A stretch of 64,000 bases of DNA from Octopus vulgaris. Its lineage: Eukaryota. The translations under genes were made by a program, and so were the position numbers. Location of the stretch: positions 122,140,001 through 122,204,000 of the forward strand of contig OX597816.1 in NCBI GenBank assembly GCA_951406725.2, written 5' to 3'. How positions within the stretch are numbered: position 1 is the stretch's first letter; the number at the start of each line of letters is the position of its first letter. Below, one piece after another: positions 12,718-25,005 of the stretch. A model generated the notes under the pieces. It was not told the origin of the DNA. It was given only the letters and a program-made list of their open reading frames with translations, and searched no databases.

Positions 12718-13327
12718 GGAAATTTTATTTTCATCTTCGACGTATTTAACTGCTTTTAACGACGAGACAAATATACGCCGGCTATTTTCCGATAAGACAA
12801 CGGTACCGCATTTCTATTTTTAAACTGGTAAATGTACTTTTATTGTTGCTTCGGTATATTTACTTTGTTAGGAGACATTAAATATTGGAGTGATAGCTTT
12901 ATTGCTTTTTGGAAGAAAAAATATATATCAATTGTTTCAAACATTTTTGCTGAGCATTCAAGAACTGCTCACTGACAATACATCATAATATCAAATTGTT
13001 CATTTCGAATATAGATTAGCTATGCGTAAGTCGATTACTTTAGATATATAAAGAGTATAAATAAGTCTGTGTGATACTGATACCTTCGTGATAGGAATTA
13101 ACGAAACAATGTATAGTGATATCTTACATATAAGAACTAAAATTAGGTGTTGAAGCTTGCATATATAATAATAAAATGAAATAGAAGACTGAAAAGAAAT
13201 CACTGATAATCTGCCTTGGCAAATGGGTAATATAGAATGTTCGCAGCATGAAATAAGATAATCATAAAGAGTTACTTTAGTTCTTGATGTAGACAGCCAA
13301 TAAAATTTAATTGAAATTAATAATGAG

Positions 13328-13371
<44 letters not shown>

Positions 13372-13612
13372 AGTATATACCAGCCAGTATACATCCATCC
13401 ATCCATCCATCCATACATACATACATACATACATACATACATACATACATACATACATACATGTATAAATATATATATATATACATACAATATATATATA
13501 CATGTATATATTTATTTATATATATAGAGATACATATATCTTTTCATACATTTTTAATTTTTAATTTTTAATCTTCGAATTTTTAATATACATACATACA
13601 CACACACACACA

Positions 13613-13820
13613 CGTTAGCATGCCGGGCGAAATGCTTAGCGGTATTTTGTCTGCCACTACGTTCTGAGTTCAAATTCCGCCGAGGTCGACTTTGCCTTTC
13701 ATCCTTTCGGGGTCGATAAATTAAGTACCAGTTCACTGGGGTCGATGTAATCGACTTAATCCGTTTGTCTGTCCTTATTTGTCCCGTCTGTGTTTAGCCC
13801 CTTGTGGGTAGTAAAGAAAT
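13613..13820 (+). mobile_element. SINE family B copy
   Basis: cgttagcatgccgggcgaaatgcttagcgg...gagttcaaattcc (B box)...ccttgtgggtagtaaagaaata. Confidence 0.85.
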
Positions 13821-13858
13821 ACATATATATATATATATATATACAGACGTATATGTAA

Positions 13859-13923
<65 letters not shown>

Positions 13924-13949
13924 CACATATATATGTATGTACATACTTT

Positions 13950-14295
13950 ATGGGCGCAGCCGTGGCAGTATGGTAAGAAGCTTGCTTCCCAACCACTAAG
14001 TTCCGGGTTCAGTTCCACTGCGTGGCACCTTGAGCAAATGTCTTCTACTATAGTCTCGGGCGGACTAAGGCCTTGTGCGTGGATTTGTTAGACGAGTGAT
14101 CCAGTTGATCAATGGAAGAGCCTGCTCGTGAAATTAACGTACAAGTGACTGAGCATCCCCTTAACGTAGTTCTCAGGGCAATTCAACTTGACACAGAATG
14201 TGATAAGGCTGGCCCTTTGAATAATAGGTACTAGTCATTTTTGCCAACTGAATGGACTGGAGGAACGTGAAATAAAGTGTGTTGCTCAAGGACAC
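13950..14295. mobile_element. SINE family A 5' part (+) followed by a fragment of another SINE (-)
   Basis: The family A head runs to about 14093. A segment ending aaataaagtgtgttgctcaaggacaca then resembles the 31240-31583 SINE core. Confidence 0.65.
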
Positions 14296-14622
14296 ACACA
14301 CTAACACACACACACACACACACATAGACACATTTATATGTATGTGGGTGTATACATAAACACATTCACACAATGTTATGCATTATTACGTACTGTATGT
14401 AGTAATAGACATATTGGAGAGATGAACCATATTACTATGTTCAGGCATTTGTCTGCATTTAACAATAATTTCATTCCTCCCACTTTTATCCTTATAATTA
14501 AAATGTTTGACTTTGCTTTTTTAATACAAGTGCAAACCGCCGGCGCCCAAGCATCGGCAACAAGGAGACAATGCAGTCCTACCTTACACAATCTATAACA
14601 TCATAAACAGAAAAATATAAAC

Positions 14623-15003
14623 ATAGGTGTAGGAGTGGCTGTGTGGTAAGTAGCTTGCTTACCAATCACATGGTTCCGGATTCAGTCCCACTGCGTGGCA
14701 CCTTGGGCAAGTGTCTTCTAATATAGCCTCGGACCGACCAAAGTCTTGTGAGTGGATTTGGTAGACGGAAACTGAAAGAAGCCCGCCATATATATGTATG
14801 TGTGTGTATATGTTTGTGTCGGTTTGTCCCACCAATATCGCTTGAGAACCGATGCTGATGTGTTTACGTCCCCGTAACCTAGCGGTTCGGCAAAAGAGAC
14901 CGATAGAATAAGTAATAGGCTTATAAAGAATAAGTCCTCGGATCGATTTGCTCGACTAAAGGCGGTGCTCCAGCATGACTACAGTCAAATGACTGAAACA
15001 AGT
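14623..15003 (+). mobile_element. SINE family A, full length
   Basis: tRNA-like head, internal (TG/TA)n, and tail ggtgctccagcatgactacagtcaaatgactgaaacaag. Confidence 0.88.
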
Positions 15004-15050
15004 GCATACATACATACAAACATACATATATACATGATTCATACATACAT

Positions 15051-15896
15051 GCCCAAAGAAGTCACACGGCACTACTGCAACGTATCATCAGATGAAAGGA
15101 TGAGCGTATATGAGAAGACCATGCATGGATATGTTAGTAGTAAGTTTAGATATGATAGCAACTATGATCATCAAAGCGGTTAATCATGGACCAATAACCG
15201 GATTACTACTTCCCACTTTGAAGAGTATGCGTTTGGAATCCAGGTACAAGAAATATCAACCAAATCCCTGATGCACAAAAGGTACAGAGATGCAGACTTT
15301 CTGGTGTTTACACTCACATCATAAGCATCACGTATTATCTACCAATGAAGCATGATGTCGTAGCTAGGACACTGTTAACGAGACCCGTCGAAAGGATAAC
15401 ACTGAGGACAAAGAAATAAGAACCCACAGTATGGTAGAAGTCATAGCCACTCATAATAGAAAGGAGTACTGGTGGAATGTCCCAGTGAAATGTAAATACA
15501 ACAGACCTGATATAAGGATTTGGAAGAGAGTTTTACCTGTAATTATAGGGACGCTGGAATATGTAACAAACTTCCTAAATACCAATCTTGAGAAATTAGT
15601 CTTCTCAAAACCAGAAAGGAGAAAGCTGATTCGAAGACTACAAATCTAATCCACTACTGGAAATGCAAAAATTAGTAAAACGTCCCAGAATTTTATCATT
15701 TAAGTATATATGAGCATGTCTAGATATGCAACTATATGCATGAGAAAACACATAAATATGAATCTGCAGGTATACTTACATACATATAAAATTACTGTGT
15801 TGTTGATGTTGAAATTCCAATGAGGGAGTCTCGGATCTAGGTAATGAACCGGCTCTTTCTCTACTGACAAGAAATCTTGAAATAAAACTAAATAAT
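15051..15896 (+). mobile_element. R4/Dong-like (RLE endonuclease) non-LTR retrotransposon 3' remnant, internally deleted
   Basis: Translated pieces MHGY, SWTNNRITTSHFEEYAFGIQVQEISTK, HDVVART, YWWNVPV-CKYNRPDI and PVIIGTL. Flanked by (CATA)n on both sides. Confidence 0.65.
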
Positions 15897-15934
15897 TACA
15901 TACATACATGTATGTTTGCATTTATATATATATA

Positions 15935-16692
15935 AATACAATTATGCATCTTTCCAAGTGCATATTGCCAATTTGGTAATAAAATGCAGACAGCTAGCTG
16001 GATGGGTCTTCCGAACTTTCAGAACAAGAGAGAAGGAGACACTGATGGTCCTTTGGAAGACATTCGTCCTCAGCCGCTCGGACTACTGCTCCCAACTATG
16101 GTCACCACACAATATAAAGTTAACAGCAGAACTCGAAGCAATCCAACGAAGCTACACTAAGAAGATCGTTTCAATGCAACATATCAGCTACTGGGAAAGA
16201 CTGAAAGTATTAAAACTCTTCTCCCTGGAGCGAGGGTGGAAGAGATATGCAGTGATATACATCTGGAAAATCCTGGAGTGTCTTGTCCCGAATTTTGGCA
16301 TTGAAAGTTACCCCAACAGCAGAACGGGGCGCCACTGCAGGATGCCAAAGATCCCAACATCACCATCAAAATACAGGACCAGATACTGCAACAGCTTGGG
16401 TTTCAGAGGACCACAGCTCTTCAATATCCTTCCTAAATACCTGAGAGACCTGCATGGTGCGGATATGGGTTTCTTTAAAACTAAACTGGATCTCTTCTTG
16501 TCAGGGGTTCCAAATGAACCTACCCCTCAACAGGAATCACAAATGCGGGAAGCGGCGTCGAACTCCCTTGTTGACCAAGTGCCACGTATCAGAGGTGGTT
16601 TCACATACTAGTGTAGCTCATTCAACGGTTGTGCCCCAGCATGGCCGCAGCTTTCGGGCTGAAGCATTTTAAAGGATTTTAAGGATTTAAGG
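15935..16692 (+). mobile_element. CR1-group LINE 3' fragment
   Basis: ORF with FRTF...LWKTFVLSRSDYCSQLWSP...LEAIQR.YTK...SYWERLK.LKLFSLER. The 3' tail is (AAGGATTT)n-like. Confidence 0.85.
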
Positions 16693-17119
16693 ATATATAT
16701 ATGTAAATAGAAAATAATTAACAAAATTATATGAGTATGGCAAAATCTTATAAGAAATTATTACTACAGATAGCCTTCTCTATTTCCAACAGAAAGATAA
16801 TTTTCTAGTTACTGAAATAAACCTGAGATTGAACGCCGCGATTTTAAAAATCAGTTATGATAATAGTAATAGATTTCAGCCCACGATAAAAGAAAAAAAA
16901 CATGGGCTATAAATTGCTACTTTATTCTTACGATAAGACGTAAATCATTTTCAAGCGTGTAAATTGTAACAAAGTAAATTTTCCTAAACAAAATATATGT
17001 ATAAAAAGGAAAAACATAAAAAAAGTTTAATAAAAAAGATAAAACTACATAATAGTTGTGGTTACGTTAATAGAAATCTGAGTTGTTTTCCATATACTAA
17101 ATTATAAGTATATACACAC

Positions 17120-17184
<65 letters not shown>

Positions 17185-17239
17185 ATACATATATGTATGT
17201 ATGTATATATATATATAGATAGATATATATATATGGTTC

Positions 17240-17380
17240 GAAATTGTACAAAAAAAAACAACAGAAACAAAAGATAGAGAGACAGCTGAGGGAACAACAA
17301 ACAAGGTGTATTAGCTTGATGCTCAGGAAAAATGGAGGGTCTTTGACGTTTCGAGTTTACGCTCTTCTAGAGGAGGGAAT
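17240..17380 (-). repeat. Short (TA)n-adjacent repeat family with a degenerate HHR-like core (also about 19020-19200, 25042-25230, 60690-60760; opposite orientation about 40885-41000)
   Basis: Shared aaacaaaagacg.agacaggtgt..gaacaacaagcaggtgtattagtttga.gctcggg..aatg...ttttacgtttcgagc..acgctcttc. The 25131-25166 reverse complement reads CTGAAGA-gcgttggctc-GAAACG. Confidence 0.6.
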
Positions 17381-17574
17381 GTGGTGAGAAAACGGATAGG
17401 GAGAAAAAATGGAGAGAGAGAAAATCGTGTCTGGATTAACGGTTGCACGTGTTGAATTGACCGGGAGGAAGGAAGTGGTTGGAGACAAGGCTGGGGAGGA
17501 ATCAACAGTAACTTGACTAAAGAGTGTGTGCGCAAGCATATGTGTGTATGTGAAGATATGTGTGTGTGTTATAT

Positions 17575-17957
17575 ATTCTTTATTCTTTTACTTTTTGCAG
17601 TCATTTGACTGCAGCCATGCTGGTGCACCGCCTTTAGTCGAACAAATCGATCCGAGGACTAACTCTTTTAAAGGCTAGTACTTATTCTATCGATCACTTT
17701 TGCCGAACCGCTAAGTTAGGGGAACATAAACACACCAACATCGGTTGTCAAGTGATGGTGGGGGACAAACACAGATACACAAACACACACACACATACAC
17801 ACACGCACACATATAGTTTCCGTGTGTCAAATTCACTCACAAGGCTTTGGTCGGTCCGAGGCTATAGCAGAAGACACTTGCCCAAGGTTCCACGCAGTGG
17901 GACTGAACCTGGAACCATGTTGCTGGGAAGCAAGCTTCTTACCGCACAGCCACGTCT
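17575..17957 (-). mobile_element. SINE family A
   Basis: Reverse complement of the 14623-15003 type. Confidence 0.85.
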
Positions 17958-19671
17958 GTATGTAATATATATATCCCGACTTTTGTTAACAGTAAGCTTG
18001 TATACCTTTTTTGCGACTGTTTCCTTCCTTCTCTCTCGTCCTAATATTCCTTTTCTAGCAACTCTACATACTCTTTTCCTCTCTCTCGTCTTCTTACACT
18101 TATTTGTAGACGTTCACCCTTTCTACCCCTGTTCTCACTCTCTCCCTTCTCCTTTCTCCCCTTCTATCTATTACTCACACGTGACCGGTGATTGTTTTTC
18201 TATCTTCTGCCTTTTTGTCGCCGGACGCCTAGTGTGCTGTTCAAACTTTTTCTCTTCTCAAAATCTGTTCTTTTTGTCTCTTCTAAATTCTGTTCTTTAT
18301 ATCCATTTGAGGATTCTCTTAGGCGTTAGTACATCATTTTGATGTTTGGTTCCAAGGCTTCATTTATTTATTGTCTTCGTCTTTCGTTTCAAATTACTGT
18401 TGTTTACTTTCGTACGTCCACCCTGTATTAATTTTTTTGCTCGAGCCCTAATACTCCGCAAATCTAGCGGGTGCCGCTGTTATACGAAGTATCTAGTCTT
18501 ATCGTTAAAGGCATGAAACTAGGTATTTGTATTTTCGGTCGATAACTGACGAAATATTAGGGTTCTAGTTAGTGTCTGTCCTAATTGTCCGTTTTGTAGT
18601 ACTTAAGGCATTTTTCCTTTGTGGAGTAACTGAACGCCACGCATCCCGAATTTGTTAACAGTAACGTGACGCTGTGTAGACATATGGAAAAACGCACATA
18701 GTTTGATGCGGCGCAGGACTGGCAGGAACTGGCTGACACCGGTGCGGGTCTCGAATACGTCGCAGTGGAGCGTGAAGAGGGATCCTCTACCAAGGAGTGA
18801 GCGCTCGGAAGCGGACAGGGGGTGGTTGGGTGGTATAGTGACAACAGCGCGTGGGAACAGAGTGGTAGGGTCAGTGGGGTCAGGAAGAGGGGTGTATAGG
18901 TGTGGGGAGGAGGGTTGAAATGGGTAGGTGGAGATGGGGTAGGGGTGGGAAGGTCAGGATGAGCGTGTGCGTGTGTGGAGGGTGCAGGGGATATAATATA
19001 TATATATATATATATATAGTTGAAATTTATAGAAAAACAGAAGACGATGACAAGTGTATGAACAACAAGCAAGTGTATTTGTTTGATGCTCGGAAAAATG
19101 TAAAAGCCTTTTACGCTTCGAGCTACGTTCTTCAACAGAAAGGAATAACAAAAATAAACAATGAGAGAATGAAAAACACTTATATATTTCAGCGGTTTAA
19201 CATGGCGAAAGATTGGAAGAAAAATAGGTTGAAAGAAAGAGAGATAATAATAAAAAAAGAGGTTGAATGAAAGGGAGATAATAAAGTGTAAGTGATCCAA
19301 AGAAGAGGTGTGCATGCCTTTGTGCGTGTGAGAATTGTGTGTGTAAGTGTGAAAGTGTGTATGTGTGAAGAGGTGCGAGTTACTCTGACATGTGTGTGTG
19401 CGTGTGTAACGTGTGTGTGTATGTTTGTGAGTGTAATAGAACGTATAATAGAACAGGAGGAGTAAGTGGTGGAGAGGGAGTAAGTGAGAGTAGGAGTAAG
19501 TGACATTCTTAGCTGTAGCTGAAAAACACTCAGGGATTATTCATATTTATTTTGATATTTTCCTTAGACGATATTTCAAGTTCGGTAGCGGAGTATTTTG
19601 CATTAATTATTTAGTTTTATTTGCTAACTTAAGAATTTATAGCAAGCTCTTTCAAATCACAACGATTGCAA

Positions 19672-20013
19672 TAATAACAAGAACATTCAGAGAGTGCAAA
19701 CCTCCGCCAAGGCAACACAAAGTCCTCTCAACGATTAGCGAGATATGATTTTAAATAAACTCGACTGCTCTCACAAACGAGAATACTAAAACTGAACCCA
19801 ACTGTTCTCAAAAATTAAGTAGAAAAACAGGAAAAATAATCCAGAATCCTTGTCCGGTAGCGGATCGATCCTTAAATCTTATCAGTTCGTGCCAGTTACG
19901 AGGCCAAACATACCTGAAAGTTTCATCCGAATCCATCCAGCGGTTCTTGAGACATCTTGTCCGCGGACAAAGAAACAAACAAACACAACTGAAAACAACA
20001 CTCCGCCTTAGGC
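19672..20013 (-). mobile_element. Helentron/HINE-like non-autonomous element
   Basis: ctccgcc..aggc motif near both ends. Reverse complement end ggcggaggtttgcactctctgaatgttcttgtt resembles recalled HINE termini. Confidence 0.45.
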
Positions 20014-20759
20014 AATCATACACTTTTGTAACCATCGGTAATAACTGGAAATATGACATACAGACAAGTATTATAATTTCACTTTTATTAAATTACCTGC
20101 AGTATATTTCTAGATTAATAAAATACATGAATCATACCCATCATGTGATGGATTACACGCTAGTTTATCAATTAAATATACACTAAGCTATACACATTCA
20201 AATGGGTTCATTCTAGAAGTGCACTTAATGTTTATGTTACCCAATTTTCATTTTCAAATGAATAAAACTGATATATTTTCGTAACTCTTATGTTTTTGTA
20301 AACATTCACTTTGATTACATTTTCCTGTTTTAATGTTTAACATGTTGTTCCTTATTCTCTTAAAAGTATCGTGTTTTGAAAATTATTTCAATTTCAATGA
20401 CAAAAAAAGGAAAAAGAAATGTATAGATTTTCATGTTCTTTTAGATGACTTGTGGTTGTGAGCAGGTGTATGAAAGAGATAAATAGATAAAGAGAGAGAG
20501 AACGAGAGAAAGAGAGAGAGAGAAAGAAAAGGAGCGCCTGTGTATATATACTTTTACGTTTCTATATGCGAATTGTTATGTATGAGTATTTTTGCATGTG
20601 GCTGTGTACATGAATATGTATATGATGTAAATTTCAAAGTGAAATTAAAGTAACATTTGAAAATGCAGACTTCAGATTTTAACATATACACTGAACCGCA
20701 AAAGAAATGCGATTTTTCAAATGTCATCTTTATATGGTAAATTCTGAAAATTTATTTGA

Positions 20760-21970
20760 GGATGTCAGTGTAAATATTCCAAGACATGCTGGTTTATGGC
20801 TGAGACCCAGATTGCAGGTAACCTTTCAAATTTCCCTGAAACGAGATGCCAAAACGCAGCTGCGTCGAATGCTGTGGCTGGCAGTCGCAAACAATTGTCA
20901 GGAAAACCGATATGCACGTGCATCTCGTGGAGGTTATGGGTAGAAAAATCTAGCATTCGCAATTTGCGCATCTGTAATCACTTACCGACAAACCGTCGTG
21001 TTTTGCCTCGATTCGTGGCTATGCAAGCTGGAAAGATTGCTCTTCCGCTTTTTGTGGACGGGCTCTATTTGATGTCAATAACCGCTAAAGGGTGGGCTGG
21101 GGATGCCATGGCAAATGATGCGCAGGCATGCGCTGAGGCTGAGACATCTTTGGCGCTACCTGGATAGTGAGCGGGTGTGCTCTCGTCCAATTGTTACTTC
21201 CTGGTTTCGGTGAACTGGAACCTTGGATTAAACGCAGACCAAAGCTGGAAGCGTGGCAAGCTGAGTGTCGTCAGGCACTGGCGCTTCTCTTCTGGACGGG
21301 TAATGCGGCAGCGAGGGTTCCACCTCGTCATTCTATAGAGTGTTGGTAGAAGCCAAGTGTGACGACGCTCTAAGGGGAAAACCTGGGCTTCGATGGTGGT
21401 CAACTTGCCAGCCTGTTCCGAAGAACATTTGGGCCAGGGCCTATGGATAACTTCCAAAAGTCCCTGCCTTGGTAATGTTACCGAGAAGCCTTACCAGTTC
21501 GAGATAAACTCGCCAGGCACAGCTCTTCATGCTCGCCCACTTGCCCAAGATGCGAGCAGAGCAGTGAAACTGTCTTGCACGCAATTGTGCAGTGACCGAA
21601 GCTTTCGGAAGTGTGGGTTTATGTTGAATAACTGCTGTCACGTTTGGGAAGCGTACAACTGTCTTCCGAGTTTATAATAAAGATTGTTCCACCGACCTCG
21701 CTGAACATGGAGGGGAAGGTCTGTTTTGTCTCTGTAGTGGTTGTGGTGAAAGAGGTAGTGTGAAGAACATCCATGGAAGGATTAGTAACAGGCGTCTTCA
21801 TCTCCAGCCTTGGTTTGATAAACTTTTTTATTTTCCATCTTAAAAAGGAAAATAAGGCTGGATAGGAGACGCTTGCCACTCAGTATATATAAGAAAAGAT
21901 GGAAGAAAGTGGCAAGCATGTTGAGAGTGACTGTGCCTGCTTAAAGGAGAACATAAAAGACTTACAAAGG
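20760..21970 (+). pseudogene. Tx1/L1-like ORF2 C-terminal fragment inside the Tc1 element
   Basis: Manual translation gives LERLLFRFLW, PLKGGLGMPWQMMRRHALRLRHLWRYL, the zinc knuckle CPRCEQSSETVLHAIVQ* (21542-21595) and LINFFIFHLK...KKRWKKVA. Confidence 0.72.
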
Positions 21971-22020
21971 GTTCAGTGATGGAACGGGGTTTGTGGAGTC
22001 ACACCCGTCCCTCACTCTCT

Positions 22021-22891
22021 CATTATCACCCGTTTATTATATGTCATCATAAAATAAAACTTTTAATTAATCTTGTCATTTCATTCGATCTCCCGATCGC
22101 TTTGTCAGTTCTCTCTTTGTTTTAACCGTTATGGTAAATATAAAAAATCACTTCGCAAATTAGACGTCGTGTCATTCATTTCCCTCACTTTGTGTTGGAT
22201 TTGTCCATTTTTACCGGTGTGTATACTTGCTTTTGAATTACTATTGAATTGTATTGTTGAATTTTTTTGTTATCATGTTTTTATAATACTCGTTTTTTCT
22301 GCTTTGTGGCAGAATTGTTAACATTTTCCCCCTTGTTTGAAGGGGGAATTATTGAAGCTTTTGTTCATTACGTTATGCTCAAGTGTAAGCTCGACTGATG
22401 TCGACTCTTCTGAGGAGTACGTTGAAAAACTGAACCAGGAAATGTCGACCAGAAATGTCGACCAGAAATGATTTGGAAACTGTGAACAAGGAAAATGAAG
22501 TAAATAATTTTGCGGCGTTAGCGGAATATCGAAGAAGGAACTTAACATAGTAAAAAAAAAAGAACTTGATTAATTCAAAGAACTACTGCAAAAGGAGGGG
22601 CATGAAATTAAATTGACCCTTGCCCCCAGTGAAATGACGCACATTGCTACAAAGAAGACCATAATTTTCAAAATGTTTGCAGTAAAACAAAAAAAGGTTG
22701 GATATGGTTCCGAAAGGACAAGTGGAAAAATGTTTAAGGCATCATTATCATCTGTTTATTATATATCATCATAAAATAAAACTTTTAATTAATCTTGTCA
22801 TTTCATTCGATCCCCCGACACCTTTGACTGTCCCCTCTTTGTTTTTACCGTTATGATAAATAGAAAAATCAATTCATAATTTGGACGCATC
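22021..22891 (+). repeat. About 150-bp direct repeat pair (22021-22170 and 22743-22891)
   Basis: Identical core tcatcataaaataaaacttttaattaatcttgtcatttcattcgatc in both copies. Confidence 0.85.
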
Positions 22892-22899
22892 AGGTATGA

Positions 22900-23930
22900 C
22901 CTGATTGTTAGCAGCGCAAAGAGAACAAGCTATCGGCTGATTGCAAGCAAGGCAGCGTGCCCTGGTTGTTGCGAAAGCTTACAATGTCCATCTTTTGTCT
23001 GCAACAGCGATACAACAACACCAACTGCACTGCAGACGGTTCCTGCAGAAGGCACCTGCGGATGATCACGCACCGGCAGGACCGCTTTATCCATCTGCAA
23101 CACCTCCATGATCACTTCAGACCGGCCAGCGCGACGGCTCGCGAGACCATTGGCATTATACAGCGACCCATCAGCGACGACACGGTACAACATCAACTGG
23201 TCGCCAGCAACCTGCATTGCTGTCGTCCTCTTCTAGGGCCCGTCCCCACCGCCCGCCACAGTCAGGCACAACTACAGTGGGCAACACAACGACGATATTG
23301 GCAGCATCAACAATGGAGGTCGATAGTCTCTGACGAGAGCTGGTACTACGTTTCCAGCCCAGATAGCTGAGTGAGGGTTGGGCGTAGGAGGGGTTGAACG
23401 TTACGAGGACGCAAGTGTTATGGAGAGAGATGCGTGGGTGGCCAATGCATCATGGTTTTGGGTGCCAGAGGCCTGAGTCAGAGAAGTGGGCCCTATGTGT
23501 TCCAAAATTTTGGTGCAGGTAGAGGGAATGGCATCACAGCGCAGCGCTACGTTGACCAAATCCTAAGACCTCATATCGTGCCTTTCTTCGCGCATCACCA
23601 TGGCTACATGTTCCAGCAGGACAACGCTCACTCTCACACAGCCACACAGCCAGGATCACCATGGACCTCCTGCGTCAGCACAACATCAGAAGCATGCCGT
23701 GCCCGGCTGTCAGCCCGGATTTGAACCTAATTGAACACCTGTGGGATGAAATCCAGCGACGGCTGAACTAGATGGACCCAAGGCCGACAACTCGTGTGGA
23801 ACTGGAGGCAGCTTTCCTCAGGGTGTGCGGCACAGGTGCCAATGGCTTTTGGGAATCACCTCATGCATTCCATGTACCGATGGTGTATAGTCGTTTCGTT
23901 TTGAACATCCAGTGAGGACATACACGGTAT
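22900..23930 (+). pseudogene. Tc1 DDE transposase, frameshifted
   Basis: Pieces QDRFI...WRSIVSDES, IMVLGA, RYVDQILRPHIVPF...FQQDNAHSHTA and SPDLNLIEHLWDEIQRRL. Confidence 0.88.
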
Positions 23931-24220
23931 TGAACATGTCACGCCCTACAATCTCGATGTTCTAGATCCGCCCGCTACCAGAACACTTGAGAACGACTTA
24001 TAGTCTGTGATCAAAATGCATCCAAGAAATTGACTATATCAGATTTATCAAAATTCATCTCTGACATAATGAAATCGAAACCTATTTCACAGCCACACGC
24101 GTTTCGCGTTTCTTTTGCGGTTCAGTGTATATGAAGTCTACATATTTAATGTGTAAAATAAGCAATGAGATTGTTTGAAATCCACACAGCCGAAACTAGG
24201 GTTAATATGCACTTCTTCTA

Positions 24221-24317
<97 letters not shown>

Positions 24318-24318
<1 letters not shown>

Positions 24319-24923
24319 AAGGATTGGAGATAAACACTTTCCTCTCTGGTCAATCTCTCATCAACTTCTTCAAGTACCATTTGAAAAGGAAAGTGAGAGT
24401 AGAGAGGCAAGTTTTGTCTAGCGAATGTTTTAAAAAAGATGGGTGAATGTAGCAAGGATGGCACGTATGAATGACGAAGCCACCTTGAGCATAATCCTAT
24501 GAACCCAGAAATTGAAAACAGAGGGTTACTCACTTGCAAACAAATGTGGTAACATATAACAATATTGACCAAGGTTACCGTGGTCTTTTTCGTAGGCTTT
24601 TCTTCCCACGGATAAACCTTACTTGCTTTCCCCTTTACACCATATATCATAACACTGTGATCGTTCCTTTTTTTTTCCTCTTCCCCCTTTTTTTCCCCTT
24701 TTTCTTCTTTTTTCATTTCTCTTTTCTTTTGTTCCTTTCCTTTTCTTTTTTTTTCTTTTTATTCTTTTTATTTTTTATTCTATTTTTTTGTTCTTTTCTT
24801 CCCTTTTACGATCCCTCTTGATCGAAAACCTACGCCACCCCCTTTTTTTCATCCCCCAAAAGAAAAGCTCTACCTTGTAACTTGTCCCATCTGTGTGCAG
24901 CCCTGTGTGGCCAATAAAGAAAC

Positions 24924-24925
<2 letters not shown>
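24318..24925 (+). mobile_element. Tx1-like LINE 3' end inserted in (TATC)n
   Basis: Translates SGQSLINFFKYHLKRKVRVERQVL...WVNVARM, homologous to 21810-21930. Has a T-rich UTR and AATAAA near the end. (TATC)n lies at 24221-24317 and 24926-25025. Confidence 0.7.

Positions 24926-25005
<80 letters not shown>

Larger units (their letters stand above)
20689..24127 (+). mobile_element. Tc1-family DNA transposon with intact TIRs and internal cargo
   Basis: TA|cactgaaccgcaaaagaaatgcga ... tcgcgtttcttttgcggttcagtg|TA. TIR match is 23/24 with TA target duplication. Confidence 0.9.

Noticed and set aside
18458-18528. Possible decayed HHR (caaat-ctagcgg-gtgcc...ggcat-GAAAC-tag-GTA-tttg); similar weak cases at about 13075-13120 and 52440-52490
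   Set aside because: CUGANGA core is too mutated to call.
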